From Lingula anatina (Eukaryota; Animalia; Brachiopoda), in the NCBI GenBank assembly GCA_051362555.1, contig CM120645.1, positions 14,074,001 through 14,138,000 of the forward strand: a DNA stretch of 64,000 nucleotides, written 5' to 3'. The notes beneath the pieces are model-generated. The model saw nothing but the letters and a program-made list of their open reading frames with translations, searched no databases and was not told the DNA's origin. Below, piece after piece: positions 27,395-41,700 of this stretch (positions are counted from its first letter, which is position 1; each line of letters opens with the position of its first letter). Both the position numbers and the translations under genes were made by a program.

Positions 27395-27736
27395 TGACGT
27401 CAATAAGAGCATCGCCAATCAGTGGAATATGTCGTTACAAACCCTTTACTGTCAATCATTTGTTATTCAGCATAATGACCACCTCAGACTTACTACCAGA
27501 CAACCAATAACTGAATAGTCCTAATTGGACAACAGTCATGACTTATTTGTATATGTAGCAGTACATAAGCGGAGTTACAACATGAACAAAAGAACTCAGC
27601 GTGTTCGGTTCTTCTGTGGTGCGGTCTGTTCGGAAGGCATTTCTCAGCTTTTCAAAACCTGTTGACGCAGCTGAACATCTTTGTTGGTGTCGAGAATTGG
27701 GTCCGAAGACGCGCCAAGAGCATAAAAAACCTCCAG
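27395..27736 (+). promoter_or_regulatory. Candidate promoter and non-coding first exon of the GPCR
   Basis: Perfect CRE TGACGTCA (27395-27402), CCAAT boxes at 27415, ~27504 and ~27524 (reverse), and a GC-richer stretch ending in the strong donor CCAG|gtaagg. The GPCR ATG lies 2 nt after an acceptor. Confidence 0.4.
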
Positions 27737-29068
27737 GTAAGGCTTAGCTAAAAAAAAAGAAAAACGGAACAAATGTAGTTAACGTAATTCAACTACTGAA
27801 TAAAAACGTTCGCTTGATTCAGATTTTTATCCAAAAAAAAAATAAAATAATAATAATAATAATAATAAATCCCATGGCAAAAATTATATACAATGTCAAC
27901 TATTGCAATAGTTTTCAATATTTGTTTCATCTTATTAATATACATTTATGCGATAACCATTTGTAATAACGTGAAATAAACGGGCACGTGGCGTTGGACA
28001 AACAGGCTGTCTATACTATACAGGGTATCTATACTATTTGAATAGTGTCTGTTATGGGCCAGCGACCTACATGTAGTGCCAGCGACCTACATGTAGTGTC
28101 ACCTTGAATGCTGCATGCAACTGCACTTTATACACAAGACAAGTGTACAGAGACACACACCCATAGCAACAGATAAATATTAGGTTTTATATCAGTTTCT
28201 CAACCTAACATTTTTTCTATATGATGTGTCTTAGAATCGGGCACATATGAAAAAATTGAGATGAATGACAGTTTATGGAATCAAAATATTAATAGAAATC
28301 ATCTTTGTAGAAATTTCGTTGCGCTTTGCGAGATTCCCATGGGCATATTTTATGGTAAGTTATGAATAGCTATATTCATGTATTCCAGGTGTTTGTGGTT
28401 ATAGGGACGCCTTGCTGTCCACTTTGATGACACGGTTTCATGACAAATAAACACCTTTCATATGGACTTTGTGATCTGTCTATTAGCAAAGATATTATTA
28501 GATACCGATATGATACTTAAAAGTTCGCTGTAATCTCAATGTTCCTTTCAGAAGTGCTTTGAATAAAAGGGTGATTGCACTTATATAGCATTCATTTTTT
28601 CATTTTATCTAACCTTTCGGCCCTATTGCTAATAAGAATAACATGCAATGTTACAGAATATAAAATGATATAACACAAAAGTGATTATATTCTAAAGATG
28701 ACTATATTTTAAAGATGTAGGCCTACCTCATTTTAGTTTCCAAATCTTTCTTTTTTTAAAGTCAGTCTCAACTTTTTGCATTATGTCGCTCAAAGACGTA
28801 CAAATTAATTACCAATTATTAACTATTGATTACTTAATGGATCAGTACCAATGTCTAATGGTTTCCCACTTTGTTTTATTAAAATTTCAGAAAAATCCGT
28901 CCATACCTCTTTCTCTAAGGTTGCTAAGAGACAAACAGACTAACTTATGAACGTAACCAAAACATAAATACCCCTTTTCTCCAAACGCCAACCATGATTG
29001 ATATTAATACTAATTTAATTTCCTAATGTACTAATTATACATACTTCAAAGAAAGCTATACATAGAAA

Positions 29069-29112
<44 letters not shown>

Positions 29113-30410
29113 CTGTTTTGAACAGCAGATTTACACAGTTAAGTGGATGGCAGGTGATGAATACATATGTGAAATTATACAAACATTCTCCATGCTATCT
29201 TATTACAGTCCACCCAGGCAAATCTATCGGAACCTAGAATTAGTGTCTCTCCGATAGTGTCTCTTTGTTTCAAAAAATGCATTTCCTTTTACGTTTTTTC
29301 CCTTGTTTCAGGGTCTCATTGGGCCCTAAAGAAACTTTAGCTTGGTTGCCATTTTGACAATTCACTTTCAAACAAATGACCTATTACCTTAAGCCATTCC
29401 AAGAATCAAGTGTTTTTCTTTAATCAATAGGTAATAATTATTTTGTTTTTAACCTACAGTATTTTGATGGATTCAGTAATTGATTGAATTGCTTGGTTAA
29501 TTGTCTGATTGACTGAAGAAATAAGAATGAAATTGCTCACAGAGCAAGGGCTTGCGAATTATAGCACACAAATATTAAATAACGATGATTTACTGTATAC
29601 AGTTGGCACATATTAAGCTTTGATTGCCTGACGTAAATGATATTTAACACACTCTGCTGCAATGCACCCCTTTTTTTCAGAAGATGCAACGTAGATAATA
29701 GTTTGAATTAAATTTGGTGGTAAGGTCTGTGCTGCTGATTTTGAGTCCTCAACTACTGCAGTAATTAATTGAAAACCAAACATAAAAATAAAATAATAAC
29801 GATCATCTATCCCCGGGGACAGCTCAACCCCAAGGGGCCCATGTACACCCGTCTCCCAATACTCAAGGGCAGGACTTCCTCATTTTAATTGTCTAGGAGG
29901 AGTAAGCAGATATTACAATGTGAAAAAACTGTAGAAGTTGTCCCCTAGAATCTCTTCACGCAAGTTGGTGAGATTTCATCTAAAACTAGTTGATGTCGAT
30001 GGGTAGCTGTCGCATATACCGCACTTTCCCACAATGAAAAGAGTAGCTTACCCTCAGGGACCCCACGCCCTTGATATCTATAACAATCCCTGGGTCCTAT
30101 ATGTTGTTACAAATGATCTTCATTATAACAGCCTAAAAGTAACGTAAAAGTCATCTAACCCCCCAGAGACAGCCCAACACCCACGCACAGACAAATTATG
30201 ACTGACCTATCCCTGATGATAGGTCTACCACTCCAAAAAAGGTTTAACTTCCTCACTATTATGGTTTATGGGGAGATAGCTTAAGTTACAACTTTCTCAC
30301 CTTAAGAGTCTAGGAGGAGAAAGCGGAAGTTACAATGTAAAAATAATTTAGAATCATCTTCCCCCAGTGACAGCCTAACCACAAAGCACACCTAAATCCC
30401 AAAGTGCCCT

Positions 30411-30589
30411 TGCACATCCCTTATCATATGTCTGTCCATCCCCAAAGTTTCAACATTCTTATTGAAATGGTCTAGGATGAGGTAGCAAGGGTTAATTTTT
30501 GCACATCCCTTATCATATGTCTGTCCATCCCCAAAGTTTCAACATTCTTATTGAAATGGTCTAGGATGAGGCAGCAAGGGTTAATTTTT
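30411..30589. repeat. 89-bp near-perfect tandem duplication
   Basis: tgcacatcccttatcatatg...gcaagggttaatttt is repeated with period 89. Confidence 0.9.
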
Positions 30590-31489
30590 AGTCGATTACT
30601 TGTCTTGGTGGACGTCTGTGCTCTCAGAATGCCATCAAATGTCTCCAAAATGTCCTTGGCTACACTGTCCTGTTGCTCGTTGATGAATATTCTGCATAAA
30701 AACCCCCAAGTCGTATGTTCCTTTAGAAGTTGGCAGCTACATGTATTTTGTTCTGTGCAGGTATAAGTCCTCTTAGTATAGGGAATTCCCACAAAAATGC
30801 CACTACTTTCAGGTCTAATTATCTTTATGCCATTTTTAGATTTAACTTCCCTGCTGGGATTATAAACACATGCATACTTGTATTTTGTGTGGATTTTTTT
30901 CAATTCGTTTTAAATACTGAACTAATTTTCATCGAGGTTCATTTTTTAATTCTTTTACATGTCTTGTTTTTTAAGTCATTTTTTCACATTCATTTACCTA
31001 TTGAGGCGACAGCAGACAGTAGCTGAATTGTCAAATCATAATCAATATCTACATGTATAATTCTCAGCAAATTTTTAATATTTTTATAGTTATAGAGAAA
31101 GATTTTGCAGATTTTGAGTCGACTGCTATTGCCTGGTTAATCGATCTATCGGCACTGAAAACTCCAAATCAGAACCACTCTCGACAAGAGATTCTACAAT
31201 TACCTAGACAGCTTAAGCATTTTTTCGCCATCATTCCTATTTTCGAAACCATGACACCTGATAACACGATACTTTTTCATTTTCCTTGCCAAATATCGTG
31301 ATATCACCATGCAACTCTAATTATTGCAAAGCTGGTTATGCAGACAAACTCAGACCAAGTACAAATACAGACCAAGTCGTCCACTATATGCGTCATACAA
31401 AAGCGTAATAATGTCGAGGTGCATACAGTAGGCGACTCGTGTCTCAACTAGTACTAACGTTATATGAATTTGTATTTAAATCAACATCT

Positions 31490-31525
<36 letters not shown>

Positions 31526-32683
31526 AGGAAAAAAACTTAATTGGAAACCTAACGCTACCTAACTGCAAATTATACCCGGTGCATGGATGACAGTCTTAGG
31601 CTTGATTAACCGGTGGTCTCATACCAAGATAATCCTATTAAGGCAACATCCTGGCAGAAATCTTGGGTCCGCCTCTGTTCTGGAAATAAAGTCTCTACTA
31701 CGAGTATTTGTCAGATGATTATAATTAAAAATTAATTTCCCAGTTTTACCTTTGTGACTGGACAACTAATATAATGAACAAAAACTGATGAGATATTTTA
31801 GCATTATTTTTCTTTACCCATAATGGTCGTTATTTTCCAAATGGCAACCAATTAGTAATTTTTCAGTCAGAAGCAATTTATTCCCAAACAAAATATAATT
31901 TAAAACGTATTGGCATTACAAGTGTAAAACAACGAACAACTATGGGTGTATAAACATTTCAATTTTCATGAATTATTACCTTAGTTATAAGGGACGTAAC
32001 TACTGTATGAAAGCAACCACCTCCATTTACCTGAAAGTTTTTGAATTAGAATTAATGGAATGCTGAAGATATTGAACAAACTTACCCATAACCCATTGCA
32101 TTTGTAAGGTTCTAAGGTACCAGACAAATCTGGGTGCCTCGGTAAGGCAACTGGTCCCACGATACTGCAGCACGATGGAGTCATTCTTTTTAATGATTGG
32201 TACTGACGACCTGATAAATGATTCTGAAGCCTTCTTTAACCAGCTTCCAAAAAAGTATGAGGAGACACATTAATTGCACTCAGTTCTTATAAAGAGACTA
32301 CGTAGCCCTAATTACATCAAACTCGAAGAACGCACTTGTTATTGTGACAGGTGTTTAATTCTAATTTTCTTCGTCTTTCTGGATATTTTTTCGAGATTTT
32401 GCAATAGAAAAACATGCCATTTTAGTGTGGAATAACGTTGGAACCATATACAGGGGTATTGTTTAGTTGTTAATATTGAAAGTTTCGAATGTTCCTCTTA
32501 AAGATCGCATGTTAAACATGAGACTATCACAAAACGACAACAACACGGTTATTATCTTTATCCATAACTTTATGCTTCTCCTTTCTTCAGTGAAACAGAA
32601 GTTGGCGTTCTTTTATTTTCAGTCACATTCAAAATATTACTGAACAGCTTCAAATATCTTAGTGGCTTTATTCTTTTACAGAT

Positions 32684-33853
32684 ATGGACCTCCTCAATTC
32701 CACCAAATTGGAGGACGTCACAATTGGTCTTGATATCAACTTGACATATGACCTCGGCCTCGACAAAACATACGACCCTGACCTCGACTTCAACCGTTTC
32801 TATGACAACAACAATAACACCAATGAAGTATACCAGATACCGATGCGTGTTTGGGGCTACTTAACGATACCAGTAGTTGTCTTTGCCTTTTTGGGGAACT
32901 TTTTAGTAATATGCGCTGTCTTGATGACCACTAAACTTCACAAGAACAGCAATGTCCTTATCATCGCCCTGAGTATTACAAACGGCCCAGTGTCTTCACT
33001 TGTCCTCGTCCCCTACATATACACTCACGTGACATGCCAGTGGGGATTGGGCGACAGGGCGTGTGCTCTGTTAGGTTTCACAGGCTGGGTAGTATTCAGC
33101 GCTTCTTGCCTCATCCTTGGATTCATCACCATTCAACGCTACTGTGCTATTGTATGGCCCTTGTGGTTCCGCACTACCATGATGCTGAACAGCAAGCTAA
33201 TCAATGGGGTTTTTGTGGTTATCAGCTATGCGTTCCCCTTTGTGATCCACCTTCCTGTTATGTTTGGAGTTGGTGGAGAGATGGGATTTGACCCCATAGA
33301 ATGTCGTTGTAGTATGCTGACGTCCAATAGCAAAGCGTTTCGATTCATCAGCAAGGCTTTGGCATGGGGCATTCCGACTTTCACCATGATCTACTGTTAC
33401 GCCCACATTATGTACTCAGCGTACAAGAACAAGAAGGGACTCCTGGAAATCAATCAGGCTCAGCATCAGCAGGCTCAGAAGTTTCGCATGAACATACGAA
33501 TTGCTAAAATGTTCGGAATGTGTTTTCTGGCTTACAACATTCTCCTGGTGCCCACCACCGTGATGGAAATCATGACCAAGAAGCTGCAGTCGAGGAATGG
33601 TAGTGAAGCCGCCACCCTTTTGTTCATGTGCACCTTCGTTGTGAATCCTATCATCTACGGGTTTACCAATAAGAACTACAGACATGCCTATAAGAATATA
33701 TTAACTGGGAGGTGTATGAAAAACAACGCGGTGAGACCGGGGGCAGAACCAGGACCCAGCATAGAAATTCCAGTCCTACCAAGCACTTCGCGTTCTAAAG
33801 AGGGGGAGCCAGGCCATCAGGTATCCTCATCCTTTTCAGGTACCATAAGTTAA
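32684..33853 (+). CDS. Class A (rhodopsin-like) GPCR, Moody/Tre1/GPR84-like, single coding exon, 389 aa
   Basis: Seven hydrophobic segments; GN in TM1, C3.25 with an ECL2 Cys, QRY at the DRY position, IYCY in TM5, NPIIY in TM7 and helix 8; N-glycosylated N-terminus; acceptor ttcttttacag just before the ATG. The subfamily call is by motif resemblance only. Confidence 0.95.
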   Translation: MDLLNSTKLEDVTIGLDINLTYDLGLDKTYDPDLDFNRFYDNNNNTNEVYQIPMRVWGYLTIPVVVFAFLGNFLVICAVLMTTKLHKNSNVLIIALSITNGPVSSLVLVPYIYTHVTCQWGLGDRACALLGFTGWVVFSASCLILGFITIQRYCAIVWPLWFRTTMMLNSKLINGVFVVISYAFPFVIHLPVMFGVGGEMGFDPIECRCSMLTSNSKAFRFISKALAWGIPTFTMIYCYAHIMYSAYKNKKGLLEINQAQHQQAQKFRMNIRIAKMFGMCFLAYNILLVPTTVMEIMTKKLQSRNGSEAATLLFMCTFVVNPIIYGFTNKNYRHAYKNILTGRCMKNNAVRPGAEPGPSIEIPVLPSTSRSKEGEPGHQVSSSFSGTIS

Positions 33854-34001
33854 GAGGTTCACAAAAGGCTTCTAACATACAGTTGTGTTAGGGTGTCTGG
33901 GAGGGCCTCCCATTCACAGATAAAGACGAGTATGCGCTAAATTTGTCATGCCTGTTGCCTTCTGCAATTTCCGACAAGCAGTCGCGCTACCGGAAATAGA
34001 C

Positions 34002-34279
34002 GGGGTCATGTCGATACTCCCCCGCACCGTTACTCCCCCGCACCGATAATCCCCCCTTAGTAATTTTTTGTATTATGCTCATCGATACGACCCCACACCG
34101 ATACATCCCTGCACCGGTACATCCCTGCACCGATACTCCCCCGCACCGATACTTCCCCGTACCGATACTCCCCCTCAGTATATCTGTAATTGTGGGGGAG
34201 TATCGGTGAGGGGAAGTATTGGTGCGGGGATGTACCGGTGCGGGGGAGTATCGGTGCGGGGACGTATAGGCATGTAACC
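34002..34279. mobile_element. Foldback MITE built of ~17-bp subrepeats (cgatactcccccgcacc), 8-bp TSD
   Basis: Direct subrepeats on the left arm and inverted ones on the right arm; aaatagac on both flanks (33994-34001, 34280-34287). Confidence 0.8.
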
Positions 34280-34469
34280 AAATAGACATGCACACACGAC
34301 TAACGGAAATGGGTTAACATCGCATAATTTGCGATATTATCTATGGAAAGGTATATTAAAAATGGGTATAGAATAGAACTGTTCAGCTGCAGGGTATGGG
34401 GCAACTTATGTTGATAATGCATATTTGCAAAAGTACCCCAACGGGAGATGTTTTTCAACGTTTATCTTA

Positions 34470-34693
34470 GGGTGCATTCCAGAGATTTAGATCGATCCAG
34501 AGATTTAGATTTAGATCGACCTAACTCCCTGGGGGTTCACGCTAAATTGCAGTCAGCCGAGCGCGCACCATAGTTAATTACCCCCTTACAGCTTTTAGTA
34601 GGCGGGACAGACGCTTAAGCCGGCTAAGCTGACAGTAATCTAGTGAGACTCCCCACAGGGATAGATCGATCTAAAATCTGTGGGAATGGGGTC
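34470..34693 (+). mobile_element. Harbinger-type MITE family A
   Basis: Near-identical to 10163-10387; TTA TSD. Confidence 0.85.
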
Positions 34694-34707
34694 TTATTTA
34701 CCGTGTA

Positions 34708-35328
34708 TACTGCTCAAAAGAAGTTAAGGAACACAAGCTTTTCAGATGCTTAAGATTGAACCATGCCTACTGTATTTCAAATGAGCAAGTCATCATTATG
34801 TATGGATGACATTTCTACTTTAACTGTGTTACAATAAATATAAACTTTGCACTAGTTAAATGTCTTAATTATAATTATTTTCGGGCTGAAATGGGGCATA
34901 CTTAAAAATGAGTATTATTTGGCCACCCAAATTCTGGTTAAACCCGGGCAAAAATAGGGGTCCTGGTTGCAAACACCCACGTGAATAGCTATCGTGAGAA
35001 TCACTCTGCAAGAGCTTTAACTGACACGTTCTTTGGTCGCTTCAGACATTAATTACTCTAAGGAGAGGCGAAAGTGTGGTTTCCAGAGGAAGACAAGCAT
35101 GAAACGGAAGACTCTTACAGCTGTAAAATGTTTTTCTTTTCTTATTTATTTATTTACTGACGCCTTTCTTTTTATGCTCATTTGCATAATGATAAAGTCC
35201 AAACAAAATGAACCCTTTCTTTAAAGCGATTGTTGACAAAGTAGTTATACTTTCTAAGATATTGAACAGTGAACGTTCTTTTCACTGTCTGCTTTTCAAA
35301 AGCGTTCCCAAACTTCTTTTGAGCAATA
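34708..35328. mobile_element. Tc1-type MITE (second copy 44934-45468; partial ends at ~37367, ~42900, ~46755)
   Basis: TIR tactgctcaaaagaagtt / aacttcttttgagca(a/g)ta with TA TSD. Confidence 0.75.
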
Positions 35329-36049
35329 TATTTGTCAGAATCTTTCTGGAACCAGTAGGTCTTGCTTGTACGCTACAAGACAAAAAATTACTGCCAGGTA
35401 TTGTATTTAGGGTGATCACTGTCAGGGTGACCTACTGGTTCAGAAAAGCTTACGCACAGAAAAAAATTGATCAAGTGTATATTAACGTGAAGCACTAGCA
35501 TGATTGATTTAGCGCTCATATCTTATATTTTTTAAGGAAAAAGTAAAAAAAGGCAAGCTACACTTCATGTGCCGTTGTTTCAAATAAGGCTATATTTATA
35601 TGATCAAATGGAAGAAAATTTGATCCATAAGTAATAAGAGATAAGCATTGCTTTGCTATCAACCAAGGGCTAACACCTTATTGAGTGTGATTCATAATTT
35701 AGAAATATGTAGTAGTTACAACACGAGTCGTCCACTGCATACCACATACAAGAGTGTAATTATATCGAGACGCAGCCAAGATTTGCTCCCGTAGACGTTG
35801 TTGTAATTAGTTTACCCCACGGTTGGAGCTTCGTACAAAAGAATGGGAATGGACGCATCAAAATGTATGAAAATACAGGCGAGCGTGTAAGCGAAATATA
35901 GTTGCAATTCCATCGTGTTGTTAGAAGCGGCAGCCGTTGGATATGTCAATTACAGCTACTGGCCGTACACTGTATGCCACATACAAAAGCAAATGATATC
36001 TCGGCTGCTCCTCGATATAATTACTGTTGTTATACAGTTGTTATTACTG

Positions 36050-36110
36050 TTATTATATTATATTATATTATATTATATTATATTATATTATATTATATTA
36101 TATTATATTA
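36050..36110. repeat. (TATTA)n microsatellite
   Basis: Directly visible. Confidence 0.95.
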
Positions 36111-38112
36111 CTGTTATTCTGTTGGGGCATACAGTGGACAACGAGTAGTTGTAACGTGTACTAAGTCATGCTTTATTGGTGCGTAATTAATATGAACAGT
36201 TTCTTACATATTATTAGCTATTGTATTGTACGATATTGCTTTTCTTTTAATTATAAATATACATGTAATATGCTTAGTCACCGCAGCACTTATTTACAAA
36301 ATATCACGTCCAATATTTTAAGGACAAAATGGATTCATATGCATGGTCACAAGTGGAGGGCATTTCATGAAAGCGTAGTTGTTTTAAATATCTAGTTTTT
36401 TAATAATGTAGAAAACGCACAAAGCAGGAATTCATTACTGAGTTTAATCTACCATATGAAAATATAAGTATTATTAAATAACAATAGACAATAACTCTGA
36501 TGGTATCTGGTAATTAAAAAGATATCAGGAAATTGGGCGTTTAAACACTTTTTTATTCATTGGAGAGCTTCCTCAGCTGTGTTCAAAGAAAACACAGCAG
36601 CGGATGAAATTCTTCATTGGATAAAAACACTTCGCTCTTTAATTGCCCATGCCGTTTTCGCATGTCGTTATGTAATATACAAGTAGCTACTGGTATAGTG
36701 ATATACCCTATCGTATTCTCACTTGATCACCTGTAATTGCATGTGTGTGATTACAGTCAGATTGTGGACAAAACAGTGTAAGCCTAGCTGGGATCGATCT
36801 GAGATTTATTATAAAACAGCGGATTTTTCGAAGTTTGGCAATTGAATACATTTTATCATACCCCGTGGACATTTAGTTTCTCAACTATTTATGTGTAATA
36901 GTGTGACGATATTTCAGGACAAAATACATACACTTCACACTGTTATGTCAAAAAAGCCTCCTTTCACGGTTTATAATTATGAGTATTACCACGACACCGA
37001 CAATTGGGAGAAAACTTAGGATGTACACTAAGATATATAGAAATACTTTATATAGCATGTTGTACCTATACTTTTTTTAATTCTCACGAGCACTTATTAT
37101 TTTTATTTTGTCTTTGTACTGTGCAATCGTTGTTTGAAAGGCTCAGGTTTATTGGTTCAGCTAAAGGGATAACGAATCTGCGTATGTGATCCATATTTCA
37201 CAATAGACACATTGAAAGCAGCTCATAGAAATATAACAGATTTTATTCTACCACCAAAACAGCGGTCATTGCAACTATTCTGGTAGGTATGCTTGCCATC
37301 GGGCCAAGTGACTTCCATTAGATGACTTTCCTCTGTAATAATCTCTTAAGAGAATAAATAAATAAATACTGCTCATACGAAGTTTAGGACCACCCGTTAT
37401 TTAAGTTGCTTTAGATTGAACCATGTGCCTACTGTTTGTAGAATTAGTAATTATGAGACAAAGTCATCATTCTGTATTGACAACACCTTTATGAAAACTA
37501 AGAGAGGAAATCAAGGTCAGGGTGACCTACTGGCTCAGAAAAGCTATACGCACGTATTAAATTTGTAATAGTTTATAATAGAACGCATATAAAACAAGCA
37601 TTCTCATTACCGAGTGCATTTGAATCCATCATACGGATAAAAAGTATTATAAGACAATAACTCCATTGGTAGCTGGTATTTAAAAAGAAATCAGAAAATA
37701 GAGTATTTTAATATAATTTTAATAAAATTTAAACGATAATGTTTAAAAACACTTTATATTCATTGGAGAGCTTCCGTATGTTCAAAGGAAACAAAGAGCC
37801 GATGCAATTTTTTCTTAATTAAAAACACTTCGGTTCTTAATTACCCGTGTTTTATCCACGTCTTGTCAGACATTTCCCATATCTTGTTTATCTGTATCTT
37901 TTTCTGTAACAATGTCGTTATGTAATAAACTAACAGCTATAATGATATAGCTATTTGTGATATCGTATTCTCACTTGATCACCTGTAATTGCATACATGG
38001 TTGTCTGATTGCAGTCGGATTATGGACAAACTAGTGGAAAACAAACTGAAATTGATCTGAAATCTGTTATGAAACGGTCGGTTCGTCAAAGGTTGGCAAT
38101 TGAATGCATTTA

Positions 38113-38709
38113 AGGCCCCGTCAACATAAAGGCGGAATGAGCAAGAATGCCGCCGGAAAGACAATTCTTTGTACGTTCCTGGATATTCGAAGAGCATTAT
38201 AAAATATCTGAGTGCATTCCGAATATCTTTACCCATTCTTACTCAAAACTTTTGAAGTGCATTCCAAGTGGAGAGATATCGAATGGCATTCTAAGTGTAT
38301 TCTAACTGCACTATGAGTGCATTCTAGATATTCTTAGGGCATTCCAACAGCATTCGAAACATTCTGATCGCGTTCGAGGGAGAACCGAAATGGCAAGACA
38401 CTTCAGATCCTGCTAGAATGAGCCGAAATGCAACTCGAATGCATCTCGATGACTGCCGAAATCCTATTTCAGCCAGAAATCGAACTACACTCGTACTACA
38501 TTCCAGCTGCATTTGAGAGCTAACACAGCCGAAATGTGCATTAATCATTCCAGGCGGATTCAAGCACATTCTGATTATTTCAACAGCATTCTTACAAAAA
38601 TGTAGGTCAATTTGAATTTTTTCCCGAATGCAGTACGAATTTCGAAAATTCTTCATTTTGGCTGGTTCTGCTCGATTCCTGCCGATTCCAAATAAGTGAG
38701 ACGGGGCCT
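38113..38709. mobile_element. PIF/Harbinger non-autonomous element rich in cattc/gaatg motifs
   Basis: TIR aggccccgtc / gacggggcct with TTA TSD. The sister module copies show the empty site (gaatacattttactata). Confidence 0.85.
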
Positions 38710-41700
38710 TTACTATAACCTGTGGACAATTAGTTTCTCAACATTTAAATTTAATCGGGTAGTGTAACGGTCTTCCAGGCACATCAGTTATGTAATGAAG
38801 GCCTCCCTTCATGGTTTATCATTACATGTACGAGTATTACCACGACACCGACAGTTGGGGGAATTTTATGATGTACACTCAGAAATATAGAAAACGTAAA
38901 TACAGACAGTGGCTGTCTATGTACATACATACATTCATATTCTGATCACTGTGTCAGAAGGGCATTAAACATTCGATGACACTCTTGATTGCGCGCGTGG
39001 ATGAAAATGAATCACTGCTTACGCGAGCAATAAACCGCGAATCCTTTTTTACGTATGGGTCCCCCGTGTGACATAGCGCACTATTTACACAGTTGGTACA
39101 TTACTGTTGTCACCCACCTGCAAATATATAGACGTTGATCACCATACAGGACCAGCCAATGGTTATTTCAAATATATATATATATTTTAACTGCAATTAC
39201 CTTACAGCATATTATACTTTTATTCTCACGAGTACTTATTAGTTTTACCTTGACTTTGTACTGTGCAATCGTTGTTTTTAAGGGATGTGTCTCTTGGTTC
39301 AGTTAAAGGGATAACAACCCTCTGTATGAGTTCCATATTTCACAATAAACTCATTGTAAACAGATTATAGAAATATACCATATTCTATTTTACCACGAAA
39401 CGGCGGTTTATTATCGCAATTATTCTGGAAAGTGTGCTTGCCATCGAGCCACGTGACTTCCATTAGATTGCTTCGTCCTGTAGTTACTTCGTTTACTTCA
39501 CGCATCTCTTTTCACATTATCGCAAGCCCATAAACACAGCATACACTACACTTTCTCCCCCAAGTGGCTGAAATTATTAAAGACAAAATGGATGGAGAAA
39601 ACAACAAAACGAATAATGGAGATCCACCCGGCGAAGTTTCTTTTTAAATTCTTATCAGCAATAGTAGACTTGATTCTGACTTTTAAGGGCAGTAAACGTT
39701 TTTTAAAGTGGATTTAAATCCTACACAGTATAAAAATTTTATTCCACTTTTATAAATATTTCAGGTTTAGTTGTTAATTTTATTATTATTATTATTTATT
39801 TAATTATTTTATTTATTAATTTTTTTTTTTTTTATTTTTTTTTTGCACTCAAAGGAAAACAATTTTTCATACCTACATTGTTTTTAAATTTTATATAGGC
39901 TTAATAAATTACTGGTACATGTATCTCTTATCTCTCATTTTCGTGATAGTTTGGATTATAAAACTCTAAGTACTTCCTATTTCCCCCAAACCCTAATCGG
40001 TTCATTCAGAAATATAACAAGTAGGTGTCAAACGTTCACAAGTAGCAATCTATCACTAACAATAGGCAGGCTTAAATTGTACCTGTTATCAAACGTGTGT
40101 ATTTTAAAACACTTAGTCGAACAACTATACGCACGCGACTGCCTTTCGTGCGCTTTCCTGTTTTTGTTGCTTCCTTCATGATAATGCAAATGGTTCGAGA
40201 TGCGTACAATTGGATAACAACTGTTCATTGTGGTGAAAATAGGATACATGGGATAAAAGACAATTTCCCGTACATTACCAGGGGTTAGTGAATCCGTTAA
40301 GAATTCAAGAGTCAAGAATTATTATTATTTATTTATTTATTTATTTATTTTATTTATTTATTTATTTTGTAATAATCTCTTAAGAGTGCTGAAATGGAAA
40401 AGAAAATATATTGAATTGATTATTATAATTCCTGTTTATGGTCTTTTCTTCAGCCACTGAATTATTTTCAAATTATATAACAGATCGGTTAAAATGCAAA
40501 AAAAAACTGGAAATACAATGTACATTGTAGCGTCCTTCCCGTGCAACTGACTGATGTAAGTTCCACTGTCAGTGTTATGGATATTTATTATTCTTATTCT
40601 ACTGAATTTGTTTTTTATGAAACACAAAATGCTCAAGGAGCTTCGCTTTGCTCAACTACTGGAACTATAAGAGAGTGGCAATTCAAATTTCTTCTACTTT
40701 TCATATGCCATACACATGTAGTGTTTGGTTAGGAAACGTCTGACAGTTTTTCAACCAAATATTTTTGAGAAAGGTTTAAAAAACAAAGTACAAGCGTGAT
40801 ATTAGTCACTTTTATACTTTCTGAATAAGCTTTTTACTTTCCATATCATTTAGAAACATAGGTGTACTACAAGATAATGGTGTGAATGATTATCTTCGTT
40901 AAACCCCACTTCAAACGTCGAAGATCTATACCTCGATCACGCATCTCTTCAACATCATCGAAAGCCCATTAACGCAGCATACACTACACTTTCTCCCCAA
41001 CTGGATTATATCATAATAGACAACGGAGAAAACAACAACACGAATTATTTGGGATCCCATTCATCTAGCAAATTCTCTTTTTCAATTCATACCAGCAAAA
41101 GTAGACTTCTGGCTTTTAAGGGTAGTAAACATTTGCATGATGATAACTGATAGTAAAGTCAACAAAAAGCAACATTCTTTAAAGATGCATACAAAGTCAA
41201 TTTTTTGTCACAAAAACCAACCAGATGCCAGCATATAGTTTCAAGTAGTATAACTAAGAGAATTACCAAAAGGCATTGTTTAATTTTACCTGAAAATGAT
41301 GTTTGAACTGATTTTTCTGCTGGCATTCTAAGCTGTGCTTAATGGGGCAGGAAAGTAGGTCACGAAAGTAGGTTAAATTTACAACCAAAAATTTAAAGAA
41401 AGGAGCAGTCTAAAGGTCTTTTATGGCTGATCGAGTGATCAGTAGAAGTAGAGTAGAAGTGGTTTACATGTGTTACTGGGAATCCACGCTCCAGCGATGC
41501 TCGGTTCGTATGTACCTTTAGAGCGATTGTTGGCATCTATTATTTTTACGTTTTAAGTTTTATAACATTGAACGTTCTTTTTTAATACATACCTAGGGAT
41601 GTTATGTGACCGTGGCGATATGCTGATCACTGAAGCCTGTCTATTCAGACAAGCTTCAGTGAAGATAGAGGGAAACCTCGAGCCGCTACCCAGAGTTATC

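Noticed and set aside
30472-30903. 143-aa minus-strand ORF
   Set aside because: Runs into the 89-bp duplication of an interspersed repeat; no recognisable domain or splice support.
34002-34279. CRISPR-like short repeat array
   Set aside because: There are no unique spacers; the units are adjacent, invert midway and are flanked by an 8-bp TSD. It is a foldback MITE in eukaryotic DNA.
38324-38656. 110-aa ORF
   Set aside because: Lies inside a Harbinger-type non-autonomous element and has no transposase motifs.
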